Below are positions 16,479-25,268 of a stretch of 42,653 nucleotides of DNA, one piece after another; within the stretch, counting starts at the first letter, position 1, and each line of letters starts with the position of its first letter. Both the position numbers and the translations under genes were made by a program. Under the pieces are notes generated by a model. That model ran no database searches, had not been told where the DNA came from, and saw nothing but the letters and a program-made list of their open reading frames with translations. The stretch comes from a virus: the IMG/VR virus record IMGVR_UViG_3300002059_000001, positions 1 to 42,653 of that record. One strand, given 5' to 3'.

Positions 16479-17125
16479 TGAGCTTCGACCCGGAATTTAT
16501 AACGACGACGACTTTAGTTCGCCTCGAGCTTCCAGCTCAAACCCTCCGGATCTGCGACGGAGGTTTTGTCTTTTGGGGAGCGGAGCCGAACGGTTCCGGC
16601 GGAACGGCCGCGCAGGGATATCTCTCCGAACATGCAGATTATGGAACGTTATACGCCGGCGGTTCTTTATTGGACGGCGAAGGGGACGAAAGTCCAGCGG
16701 CCGTAATTACATTCCTCGCAAATTCGAACGCGGCTCTCAATTCTCTAACCGGCCCAGAAATGCAATGGAGCCCGGTCGCCATATGGCAAGCCTCTGTCGA
16801 CTCTCAGGACGGAACCGTTATCGCAGCTATTCCTCTCTTCTTCGGCTTCGTCGATATTCCGACCTTACGCGAAGGAGCGGAGGGACGGTTCGTCGATATG
16901 GAAATCGTTTCCGATACGGAGCGAATGTTCCTCGCAAATGAAGGGAACCGTCTATCCGAAGAGTCTCACCAGCGCCGCTATCCGGGAGAGCGTGGATTGT
17001 CTAATATGACAGGCGTCGAACGTCAGGTCGCTTGGGGGACGGAAGACCGCCCTCGAGCGTCCTCGGGTTCTAGCGGCGGCGGATCAAGTCCTTTCGTTCC
17101 CGATATCGTCCGCCATATTTTTTAA
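16478..17125 (+). CDS. tail (hub-associated) protein
   Basis: TAATG overlap. 215 aa. Lies in the GTA g13-like position between the distal tail gene and the peptidase-like gene. Confidence 0.5.
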   Translation: MSFDPEFITTTTLVRLELPAQTLRICDGGFVFWGAEPNGSGGTAAQGYLSEHADYGTLYAGGSLLDGEGDESPAAVITFLANSNAALNSLTGPEMQWSPVAIWQASVDSQDGTVIAAIPLFFGFVDIPTLREGAEGRFVDMEIVSDTERMFLANEGNRLSEESHQRRYPGERGLSNMTGVERQVAWGTEDRPRASSGSSGGGSSPFVPDIVRHIF

Positions 17126-17134
17126 GGTAAGAGC

Positions 17135-17542
17135 ATGAAAACCGAATTAGAAATCCGCCGAGCCGCGACGGCCGCAACGCAAAAGAAGTTCTCCGGCCGG
17201 CCTTTTAAATGGGGAGAGGTCGATTGTATTCGTATGGCTCGCTCTCATGCGGTTAAGATGGGGCATAAGCCTCCGCGTCTTCCGAGATACTCGACCCCGC
17301 AAGCGGCTATCCGTAATATAAAAAAGATGGGCTTCGAGAGTGTCGACGAGATCCTCGCGTCGATGTTCCCGAAGATCTCCCTAGCCTCTGCGAGAATGGG
17401 AGACTTCGTCGTCGCCGAAGGAGAGGCCGGTATAGACGCGGTCTTTATCTCTCTCGGCCGTAAAATAATGGGGTTTCATGCCGAAGCCGACGAGCTTGTC
17501 GTCGTGGATCCCGAAGTCGTTAAATCAGTATATAGAGTTTAA
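17135..17542 (+). CDS. tail-associated NlpC/P60-like (GTA g14-like) protein
   Basis: RPFKWGEVDCIRMARSH provides a candidate Cys/His pair. About 135 aa, directly upstream of the host-specificity gene. Confidence 0.5.
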   Translation: MKTELEIRRAATAATQKKFSGRPFKWGEVDCIRMARSHAVKMGHKPPRLPRYSTPQAAIRNIKKMGFESVDEILASMFPKISLASARMGDFVVAEGEAGIDAVFISLGRKIMGFHAEADELVVVDPEVVKSVYRV

Positions 17543-17544
17543 TC

Positions 17545-20500
17545 ATGGCAAAAGCCCTAAAGACTATCGGAAAAATAGCGTCGGTTGCGGCGGTCGTTCT
17601 TGCTTTCGTTCCCGGTGGACAGCCGTTCGCCGCGGCCGCTTCCGCTATAGCCGGCGTCGCTAATGCTGGAGCTTCACTCCTCGCACAGCCGGAGCCGATA
17701 GGAGGGGAGAGTACAAACGTTTTAATAGATAAGTCCGCTCCGACTCCTTATGTTATGGGCCGAACATTGACAGGCGGCGCGCTCGTACACGACGCCGGCT
17801 ACGGTTCCGACTATAAAAAAATTCCGAACCCTAATAGATCTATGGTGTTCGTCTATTCGGATTGCGGTCCAGTGCAAGAGATCGAAGCCTTATACGCCGA
17901 CGGAGCCTCGGTAGGAAGCGGCGGCGAGATTGGCGGATATTACGACGAGCGTATGCACTACGATAAGCTCTCCGGCTCTCGACCAGAGTCCCGCGCGCTC
18001 TCTGGAAATCAAGGAACAATCCCGGATTGGGGCTCTAGCTATAAATTATCCGGGAAGGCTTCCGGTCTCGTAACTATGAGATGGGATAAGAATCAAGAGG
18101 TCTACGCCGCGGGAACCCCGGACTTCGCGGCCTTGATTAAAGGCGTTCGAGTTTACTCTATTCGCGACGACAGCACATATCCGGGGGGCTCCGGCTCGTG
18201 CCGGCTCGGGGACGAGACGACTTACATCTATAGCGAGAACCCGGCCGACCATGCCATAACATATCTTTACGGCCGGTATGAGCTTGGCGAGCGGATCTTC
18301 GGCGTCGGGAAATCTGTCGACGGGATAGATCTTCCGGCCTTTGTCGAGTGGGCGAATGTTTGCGACGCTAATAACTGGAAAGTCGGCGGCGTAATGTATG
18401 AACCAGCCGACAAGTGGAACAATCTTAAGGTTATTATGCAAACTGGATCCGCTCGTCCTGTCCATAATAACGGACAGCTCTCCGTCGTGTTTGATGCGCC
18501 TAAAGTTCCTCTCGCTGTTTTCACAGAAGACGACCTAGCGAACGGAGATATAACGGTCCCGTCGACTAGAACCTTCCGGAATAGAATTAATTCAATTATA
18601 CCTATCTTCCGTTCAGTCTCTCACGAGTGGCAATTTATTTCCGGGACAGCCGTCACGGTTTCGGATTACGTTACAGAAGACGGAGAGATAAAGAGATCCG
18701 AACGTAAATACTCTCTTTGTCAGGATGCGACTCACGGCGCGCAGCTCGCCGCTTATGAGGTCGTTAATTCTCGAGAGCTCGAGGGGATAACCCTTCCGTT
18801 CAAACCGAAGATCTTACCGTATGGTTCCGGCGACGCTATCGAATTAAATATGCCGAACCTCGGCCTCGTCGGAACGTTCGTTATTCAGACGCGCTCGTTC
18901 AATCCTCTAAATGCTATTACGACCGTCACAGTTAAAACCGAGACCGCGGCGAAACATAGCTTCGCGTTAGGAGCTTCCACAACAGTTCCGACGGCCCCTA
19001 CGCTTATGTTCGGAGCGGACCTTGATAGGATATCTTACAACGCGACCGGACAGGCCGCTATCAACGAAACACAAGTGCAAACTTCGTGGACGAACGGGAT
19101 CCAGATCGACGGAATTTCCGCGTCCGGAACTGCGACCGTAAACGTCTCAGGACATAGTCGAGTATATCCCGACGAGACAGTAACGGTTCAAAGCGGACAG
19201 CTTGTCGGATTGGTGCAAGATACCGACTACGTTATCTATTATGATGATATTCCTCGAGAAGGCGGCGCGGTCGGTTACTCGGCTATTCCCTCGTCGGATT
19301 ATTTAAACGATCCCGACGGCGGTAAAGGCCGACACTTCGTCGGATATATAAAAACGCCGAAGACGGACAGCGCCGCGAATACTGTCGGCGTTCCGCCCAT
19401 CCCTCCTAATGTTGTTCCCGAAACAGTCCCTAACGCTCTCGGCCTTGGCGGCGTCGTCGCGGAAGAGATTATTCAGAACATATCTACGAACGCCTCTTCG
19501 GTCGCGGCATTACAGGCGACCTATGGATCTACGGCTTCCGCCGCCGCTTCCGCCGCTTCCGCCGCGGCCGCACAGTCCGCCGCCGAGAGCGCTCAAAGTT
19601 TATCAGAGGCCGCCCAGTCCGCCGCCGAGACCGCCGCCGCTTCCGCCGATAGTTTCCAAAGTTCCGCGGCCGCAAGTGCTACCTCGGCGTCGACTTCGGC
19701 TTCGGCTTCTGAGACCGCTAAAAATATAGCGACGGCCGCACAGACCGCAGCGTCCGGATCTGCTACAGCGGCGGAGCAACATTCCTCCTCCGCGTCTATC
19801 TCGGCCTCGACGGCGTCTCAGTCCACCGCCGCCGGCCGTCCCTCGACCTTTGAAAGCGGCGGAGAATATTTTGTTTCCGCGCCTCTGTCAGACCCTATAA
19901 CGGGCTCTCCGGCCGACAATTCCTCGAACATTGTTTCGGGATCCGACACCGACGGAAGCTATCTTTCGAACACAAGCTCCGGCGACGCTCCGTCCATCTT
20001 ACAAAGGCTCGGGATCCCTTACGTTCCCGGAGAGAAGTATCGTGTCTCGACGAGGTTTAAGGTTCTGTCCGGATCTCCTTCGTCTGTAATTATCAGAGGT
20101 CGCCGGATTAATGGGGATTATACTCAGTCTCTCTCCGCGCATGGATTAACCGTCCCTCTCGCTTCGACAACGGTCGACGATTACGTCTTCGAATTTACAG
20201 CGAGTCAGGCGAGGTTCGACGAGGGAACGAGAATAGTAAGAGCCGAGGTTGATATAAACCCGGACGAGAACCAAGTCCTCGCCGTTTACAGTTTAAACAT
20301 AGAAAACATTACGGCCGTCGCGGCCGCCGAAGATAGCGCTACGGCCGCCGCTTCGAGCGCTTCCGCCGCCGCCGCGTCTGAGACCTCGGCCGGACAAAGC
20401 GCAAGCGCGGCTCAAACGTCCGAGACCGCCGCCGAGACCTCTCGCTCCGCCGCGGAGACTTCCGAGATAAACGCCGCGACGTCCGAAACCTCGGCCGCCG

Positions 20501-23500
20501 CTTCGTCCGCCGCCGCCGCGACGTCTGAGACGAACGCCGCTAACTCCGCGTCCTCGGCCGGTGGATCCGCGTCTTCCGCGACGTCCTCCGCTTCCGCCGC
20601 GGAAACCAGCGCTTCCGCCGCCGCGACGAGTGCTTCCGCCGCGGAACAATCTTCCGTAGATGCGACGACCGCACAGTCCGCCGCACAGTCCGCCGCGACC
20701 GCCTCGGCTTCGAGCGCTTCCGCCGCGTCCGCTTCTGAGACCGCCGCGGGGCAAAGCGCGACTTCCGCCCAAACCGCGCGGACTTCGGCCGAGACCGCCG
20801 CCGCGAATGCGTCGACAAGTGAGGGGAACGCCGCGTCCTCTGAGACGAGCGCGCAGGGATCCGCCGCTTCCGCCGCTTCGAGTGAAACGGCCGCGGCTAA
20901 CTCCGCAACCGACGCCGGGAACTCTTCTTCGGCCGCGGCGACGTCCGCGACAGAGGCCGCTACGTCCGCGACAGAATCGGAAACCTCGGCTTCCGCGTCG
21001 GAACAATCTTCGATTAATGCGGCGACGTCTGAGACGAACGCCGCTTCTTCCGCTACGGCCGCGTCGTCGAGCGCTTCTTCGGCCGCCGCCTCTGAGACCG
21101 CCGCCGGGCAAAGCGCTAACGCCGCCTCGTCAAGTGAGACGGCCGCGGCGACCTCTGCTTCTAACGCGGCCAACTCTGAGACTTCGGCCGCGACGTCTGA
21201 GACGAACGCCGCCGGCTCGGCGAGTTCTGCGACGTCTTCCGCCTCGAGCGCCGCTTCGAGTGCCGGGAGCGCTGGATCTTCCGCCTCGGCCGCGGCTAAC
21301 TCCGCAACTCAAGCCGCGACCTCCGCGACCGACGCCGGCGTCTCTTCTTCGGCCGCCGCCGCTTCCGCCGTTAATGCGTCCACAGCGCAAGAGTTATCCG
21401 AGGCCGCGACGCGGGAGGCCCGACCTTCTACCTTTGAATCTGGCGGGAAATACTTCACCTCTTCCACTTTATCTCCTCCCGAAACCGCCGCGAATGCCGA
21501 CGCTAATTCTTCCATAGAAGCCGGCTCCGATGCCGACGGATATTTTTTGAAGATAAACGACCCGGACAAACAGCCGTCGATCTTTCAGAAGTTCGGGGTC
21601 TCGTATAATCCCGGAGATAAATATCGGGTATCTGTCCGTCTCAAATCTCTAACCGGAACGCCGTCTCGTGTAATTCTCCGGGGTCGGAGATTAAGCGGAG
21701 ATTATGCTACATCTTTAGGCACAGATGGTCTTATCGTTACTGAAACCGCCACGACGACGGCGACGGATTATGTCTTCGAGTTTTCAGCAACTCAGGCTCT
21801 CTACGATACAGGCGTTCGTATATTGAAAGCCGAGGTCGAGGCTAACCCTCTCGAAGAGCAAACGGTCGCGATATATAAACTTGATATCGAAAATATTACG
21901 GCGCAATCCGAAGCCGAAGACAGCGCCGCCGCTTCCGCTTCGAGCGCTTCTTCCGCCGCCGCTTCTGAGACGGCCGCAGGACAAAGCGCCAACGCCGCCC
22001 AAACCTCTGAGACGGCCGCGTCTACCTCTGCCGCCAATGCCTCCGCCTCGGAAGGTAACGCGGCGACCTCAGAAACGAATGCGGCCGGATCCTCGTCCGC
22101 CGCCGCCGCGTCTGAGAGCGTCGCCGCGACGGCCGCGGCCAATGCCTCGACCTCTGAAACAAACGCCGCCGCCTCTGAGACGAGCGCCGCGTCTTCCGCG
22201 TCCGCCGCCGCCTCGAGTGCTTCGTCGGCTTCGGCCTCGGAGACAGCGGCCGGGCAATTCTCGAACGCCGCTTCGAGTTCTGAGACCGCCGCTTCGACGT
22301 CCGCCGCCAATGCCGCCGCTAGTTCTTCCAGCGCCGCGACCTCCGCGACGAACGCCGCCGGCTCCGCTTCGGCCGCAAGTTCAAGTCAAACCTTAAGCGC
22401 CGCCGCGGCCGATGCAGCGGAAGCCGCTGTCGTCGATACGCTCCCGTCTACTTTTGAAAACCCCGACGCTTACTTCTCCCATAACTTAGGAGGAGCTCCT
22501 TCCGCGATGCCGTCTCTAACTGGCGGTTCGAATTGGGAGGCCATAACGGACCCCACAGAGGGGCCGGGAGTTGCCGTTACACCGGGGGAGACCGGAGATT
22601 GGTTAAGTCAAAAAGGTGTCCTTCCGGCTCTTCCGGGACACACATATAGATTAACTGCGAGGATTAAGGAGACCGCGACTCCTACGAACGATAGAGTTCA
22701 AGTTAGAATGTGGCGATTGGACGCTAGTTATTCGACTTTAGGGCAAGCCGCAAAGACCGCGACCCTAATCTTAAACTCTGTCGAAGAGGTTACGCACGAG
22801 TTCACTTTATCGACTGGACATTACAATTCGGGCGCGCGGTTTATTCGAGCGGCTCTGTCGGTAAACCTGCTTTCCAACGGCTCAAACGATGGATTGTGGG
22901 AAATCTATATGCTTAAGCTCGAGGATATCACAGATCTAAAAACCCTCGAGGCGACCGTTAATAGTAACGCGACCGTCTCCGCAAATAATACGACTTCGAT
23001 AGCTTCCTTAAGTAATACGGTTACGGCGCAGGGAAATTCCCTTTCGGGTCTATCCGCTTCCGCGTCCGCGACACAGACCGCCGTCGATGATATCGAGCAA
23101 GGCCTCCTCGCGTCCATTGGGTTTCGGGTTAAAGCGGGAACAAGCGGAGCGGAGTTTGAATTGTCCGCGCTCGACGGCGGAGATATATCCGGATCGGTCG
23201 CGCGAATTTCCGCGGCCGCTATTATACTCGACGGAACTCTCTCGGCCGCTCACTTCGCCGATGGGTCGATCTTTAATATCGCCGAGGAGGATATCGCGCT
23301 CTCGGCTTATCTAAGCCCGTCGACAGAATACACCGTTCTCTCGAAAGCCTTTACTAGCGCCGGCGGGAAGGTTCGTTTCGATATCAACATAGGAGGCCAT
23401 CTTGGAAACACCGGCGGACCTAGTGTCTCCGACATGCATAGCCAGACTCGACAGCTTGTTTGCAAGTTATATCGAGACAACGTTTTTATAGGTAATTATT

Positions 23501-23733
23501 TTTCTGGAACTTTCTCCACGGTCTACGACGACGTCGCGGATAAGTATGTTAAGAATGGAATTGAAACTATATCTTTTATTGCGACCGATAATCCAGCCGC
23601 CGGGACATATACTTATGATATCCGTCTTATTGAGACCGTGATTATTGAGAACACAATCTCGGGGAATAACGTCGGGGATCCAAGAATAAATATCTCTTCG
23701 GGTTACGCCTATATTACCGAGTTCAACGATTAG
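17545..23733 (+). CDS. host specificity / central tail fibre protein (2062 aa): J/GTA g15-like N-terminus, three [Ser/Ala heptad rod + CBM-like domain] modules, J-like C-terminus
   Basis: The first ~640 aa and the last ~260 aa look like lambda J / GTA g15-type tip proteins. The interior is described under findings. Confidence 0.9.
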   Translation: MAKALKTIGKIASVAAVVLAFVPGGQPFAAAASAIAGVANAGASLLAQPEPIGGESTNVLIDKSAPTPYVMGRTLTGGALVHDAGYGSDYKKIPNPNRSMVFVYSDCGPVQEIEALYADGASVGSGGEIGGYYDERMHYDKLSGSRPESRALSGNQGTIPDWGSSYKLSGKASGLVTMRWDKNQEVYAAGTPDFAALIKGVRVYSIRDDSTYPGGSGSCRLGDETTYIYSENPADHAITYLYGRYELGERIFGVGKSVDGIDLPAFVEWANVCDANNWKVGGVMYEPADKWNNLKVIMQTGSARPVHNNGQLSVVFDAPKVPLAVFTEDDLANGDITVPSTRTFRNRINSIIPIFRSVSHEWQFISGTAVTVSDYVTEDGEIKRSERKYSLCQDATHGAQLAAYEVVNSRELEGITLPFKPKILPYGSGDAIELNMPNLGLVGTFVIQTRSFNPLNAITTVTVKTETAAKHSFALGASTTVPTAPTLMFGADLDRISYNATGQAAINETQVQTSWTNGIQIDGISASGTATVNVSGHSRVYPDETVTVQSGQLVGLVQDTDYVIYYDDIPREGGAVGYSAIPSSDYLNDPDGGKGRHFVGYIKTPKTDSAANTVGVPPIPPNVVPETVPNALGLGGVVAEEIIQNISTNASSVAALQATYGSTASAAASAASAAAAQSAAESAQSLSEAAQSAAETAAASADSFQSSAAASATSASTSASASETAKNIATAAQTAASGSATAAEQHSSSASISASTASQSTAAGRPSTFESGGEYFVSAPLSDPITGSPADNSSNIVSGSDTDGSYLSNTSSGDAPSILQRLGIPYVPGEKYRVSTRFKVLSGSPSSVIIRGRRINGDYTQSLSAHGLTVPLASTTVDDYVFEFTASQARFDEGTRIVRAEVDINPDENQVLAVYSLNIENITAVAAAEDSATAAASSASAAAASETSAGQSASAAQTSETAAETSRSAAETSEINAATSETSAAASSAAAATSETNAANSASSAGGSASSATSSASAAETSASAAATSASAAEQSSVDATTAQSAAQSAATASASSASAASASETAAGQSATSAQTARTSAETAAANASTSEGNAASSETSAQGSAASAASSETAAANSATDAGNSSSAAATSATEAATSATESETSASASEQSSINAATSETNAASSATAASSSASSAAASETAAGQSANAASSSETAAATSASNAANSETSAATSETNAAGSASSATSSASSAASSAGSAGSSASAAANSATQAATSATDAGVSSSAAAASAVNASTAQELSEAATREARPSTFESGGKYFTSSTLSPPETAANADANSSIEAGSDADGYFLKINDPDKQPSIFQKFGVSYNPGDKYRVSVRLKSLTGTPSRVILRGRRLSGDYATSLGTDGLIVTETATTTATDYVFEFSATQALYDTGVRILKAEVEANPLEEQTVAIYKLDIENITAQSEAEDSAAASASSASSAAASETAAGQSANAAQTSETAASTSAANASASEGNAATSETNAAGSSSAAAASESVAATAAANASTSETNAAASETSAASSASAAASSASSASASETAAGQFSNAASSSETAASTSAANAAASSSSAATSATNAAGSASAASSSQTLSAAAADAAEAAVVDTLPSTFENPDAYFSHNLGGAPSAMPSLTGGSNWEAITDPTEGPGVAVTPGETGDWLSQKGVLPALPGHTYRLTARIKETATPTNDRVQVRMWRLDASYSTLGQAAKTATLILNSVEEVTHEFTLSTGHYNSGARFIRAALSVNLLSNGSNDGLWEIYMLKLEDITDLKTLEATVNSNATVSANNTTSIASLSNTVTAQGNSLSGLSASASATQTAVDDIEQGLLASIGFRVKAGTSGAEFELSALDGGDISGSVARISAAAIILDGTLSAAHFADGSIFNIAEEDIALSAYLSPSTEYTVLSKAFTSAGGKVRFDINIGGHLGNTGGPSVSDMHSQTRQLVCKLYRDNVFIGNYFSGTFSTVYDDVADKYVKNGIETISFIATDNPAAGTYTYDIRLIETVIIENTISGNNVGDPRINISSGYAYITEFND
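19490..19839 (+). repeat. Ser/Ala heptad (21-nt periodic) rod 1, about 16 heptads
   Basis: STASAAA SAASAAA AQSAAES AQSLSEA AQSAAET ... STAAGRP, ending in phase at PSTFESGG. Confidence 0.85.
20321..21423 (+). repeat. Ser/Ala heptad (21-nt periodic) rod 2, about 52 uninterrupted heptads
   Basis: SATAAAS SASAAAA SETSAGQ SASAAQT SETAAET ... SAVNAST AQELSEA. Position 1 is Ser/Ala in every heptad. Position 5 is Ala in about 49 of 53. Confidence 0.9.
21907..22443 (+). repeat. Ser/Ala heptad (21-nt periodic) rod 3, about 26 heptads
   Basis: SAAASAS SASSAAA SETAAGQ SANAAQT ... SQTLSAA AADAAEA, ending in phase at PSTFEN. Confidence 0.85.
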
Positions 23734-23804
23734 CCGACGGATAATTGACAGACGCCGGCTACCGTGTAGACTGGAACCGTTCAACAGAAACAGGAAAAGA
23801 GACT

Positions 23805-23930
23805 ATGAAACTTCTATTATTATCGGCGTTCGCGATTGCCTCGCTCGGATATTGCGACCCGATTAACCCGAAAGACTTCGAGCAGCCTCCGGCTTGCAAT
23901 ACCAATAAACCTAACTGCCCTCCCTCTTAG
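23805..23930 (+). CDS. small secreted Cys-containing peptide (41 aa)
   Basis: The ATG at 23805 follows aggaaaagag. Product is MKLLLLSAFAIASLGYCDPINPKDFEQPPACNTNKPNCPPS, a signal peptide plus a 3-Cys mature part. The Cys-proximal LGYC is not a canonical lipobox. Confidence 0.5.
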   Translation: MKLLLLSAFAIASLGYCDPINPKDFEQPPACNTNKPNCPPS

Positions 23931-23959
23931 GTTTTAATTTCGCAGCTTAAGCGTTAGGA

Positions 23960-23987
23960 AGGTCGGTAATCACCGGCCTTTTTTTTT
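23960..23987 (+). terminator. Rho-independent terminator
   Basis: aggtcggt / accggcct forms an 8-bp stem (one G-U pair) with an aatc loop, followed by a T run through 23987. Confidence 0.8.
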
Positions 23988-24002
23988 GGAGCTCTTTAGA
24001 CG

Positions 24003-24266
24003 ATGGACCTCGGACTTCTAAAGTTCCTCGCCGAAGGCGGCGCTATAGCTCTCTCTGTAACGGCGAACGTCGCGCTAGTTCTTTGGGTTCGTAAGGTCCA
24101 CTCTCGGAACGAGACGCTCACCGACAAGTTATTCGACACAATAAAAGAATGTGCCGAGGCTATGACGGAGGCGAGGATCTCTTCTGTCTCTCAGGCCGAC
24201 GAGATGAATCGGAGCGTAACCATGTTAACCAAAGTTATCCAGTCGATACAAAGTAAGGCCAGCTAA
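24003..24266 (+). CDS. single-TMD membrane protein (holin/antiholin candidate)
   Basis: N-terminal TMD LKFLAEGGAIALSVTANVALVLWV, then a helical tail. First gene of the lysis block. Confidence 0.5.
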   Translation: MDLGLLKFLAEGGAIALSVTANVALVLWVRKVHSRNETLTDKLFDTIKECAEAMTEARISSVSQADEMNRSVTMLTKVIQSIQSKAS

Positions 24267-24451
24267 TGAAGTGGCCTCTCAAAAAGAAAAAGAAGACCCC
24301 CCCTATCCCGGAGGAGACCGCCGCCGACGCCGCGCGCGATAGGCTCGAGAATGCTCAGGAACTAGCGTCGAGAGCGAAACACAAGCTCTCGGAGGCGAAC
24401 GATATTCTCGATCAATTATGTTCGGATCTCTTAAAGGAAGTAGCGAAGTAG
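24266..24451 (+). CDS. small charged hypothetical protein (61 aa)
   Basis: TAATG overlap. Lys-rich N-terminus followed by a helical region. Confidence 0.5.
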   Translation: MKWPLKKKKKTPPIPEETAADAARDRLENAQELASRAKHKLSEANDILDQLCSDLLKEVAK

Positions 24452-24452
24452 A

Positions 24453-24917
24453 ATGTTTAACGGTTTCGAATTTTTGTCAATATGGTGGACGTTTCCCGCT
24501 CTCGCCGTTAGCTGTCTTCTTATGAGGCGATACGGTCCGCGCGCGGTTCGCGCAATATTCCGTCTCCGTCGTGAATGCTTCTCCTCTGTTTCTCCGAGCG
24601 AGTGGATTAACGTCGGGATAGCCGTCTGCTTCTTCGGCTCTATCGTGGATAACTCCTATTGGTTTATCCCTTGGTCTCTTAAGTATTCCGGACTTCCTTT
24701 CGGGGACTTGTTCGATACCGGCGTCTATATAAACGTTCCATTCCGACAGACGCCGCTTATTCTCGGCGCGGCTTTGCATGTTATGGCGGAGAGCCTCGCC
24801 CATCCCGAAGAGCTGGAACGCCGCCGTCGCCTATCGGTTTTATGGCGGACGTTCTGGATATCCTCGCTCGTCGGTTTATTCGTTACGCTTGGCCTCACCT
24901 TTATAAAGCTCTCTTAA
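24453..24917 (+). CDS. multi-pass membrane protein (about 4 TMD; holin candidate)
   Basis: Hydrophobic segments FLSIWWTFPALAVSCLLM, INVGIAVCFFGSIV, TPLILGAALHVMAESL and FWISSLVGLFVTLGLTFI. Confidence 0.5.
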   Translation: MFNGFEFLSIWWTFPALAVSCLLMRRYGPRAVRAIFRLRRECFSSVSPSEWINVGIAVCFFGSIVDNSYWFIPWSLKYSGLPFGDLFDTGVYINVPFRQTPLILGAALHVMAESLAHPEELERRRRLSVLWRTFWISSLVGLFVTLGLTFIKLS

Positions 24918-24974
24918 TAGTTTACAGGAGAGGAGCCGGCCGCATTCCGCGCCGGCTTATTTCAGGAGTGACCT

Positions 24975-25268
24975 ATGCAACGACACGAATTTTACACCGC
25001 AATCTCTCAGGCCGATAAGTTCTTTAACACTTCTTCCGCGCAAGTCGCGGACCGAGTTCTTACAATCGACGAACACCAGACATTGTGCAACGAAGCGCAA
25101 GCGAAGGTCCGGGGGATCTTCCCGGCCTACGCGGCCGAGTTATCTATCGTCCCGGTTAGAGATCCAGACGAAGAGTTCGCCGGCTATACCCTCTCGTATG
25201 AAGGGAAACCTTCTCGAACGACGACGCTCGAGTTCGACTTCGGCTCCGAAGGGATCGACGTCCAGTAG
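24975..25268 (+). CDS. hypothetical protein (97 aa)
   Basis: AGGAG SD upstream. Lies in the lysis block. No motif recognised. Confidence 0.55.
   Translation: MQRHEFYTAISQADKFFNTSSAQVADRVLTIDEHQTLCNEAQAKVRGIFPAYAAELSIVPVRDPDEEFAGYTLSYEGKPSRTTTLEFDFGSEGIDVQ

Noticed and set aside
20321-21423. Regularly spaced short repeats that could superficially suggest a CRISPR array or a satellite.
   Set aside because: The period is 21 nt with no repeat/spacer alternation. The array is in frame within a 2062-aa ORF and encodes a coherent heptad protein repeat.
19409-22396. Many long ORFs in alternative frames and on the opposite strand. Examples are 20293..21111(-) at 272 aa (Arg/Gly-rich), 20412..21173(-), 20660..21517(+) at 285 aa (Pro/Arg-rich), 21801..22310(-) and 21881..22396(+).
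   Set aside because: They lie entirely within the GC-rich 21-nt periodic Ser/Ala-coding repeats of the tail protein gene. Repetitive GCN/TCN codons remove stop codons from all frames. The products are pure low-complexity sequence with no start context.
17545-23733. Possibility of a diversity-generating retroelement or phase-variable tail fibre.
   Set aside because: The genome has no reverse transcriptase gene and no template-repeat/variable-repeat pair. The three domain copies are too diverged at the DNA level to be TR/VR.
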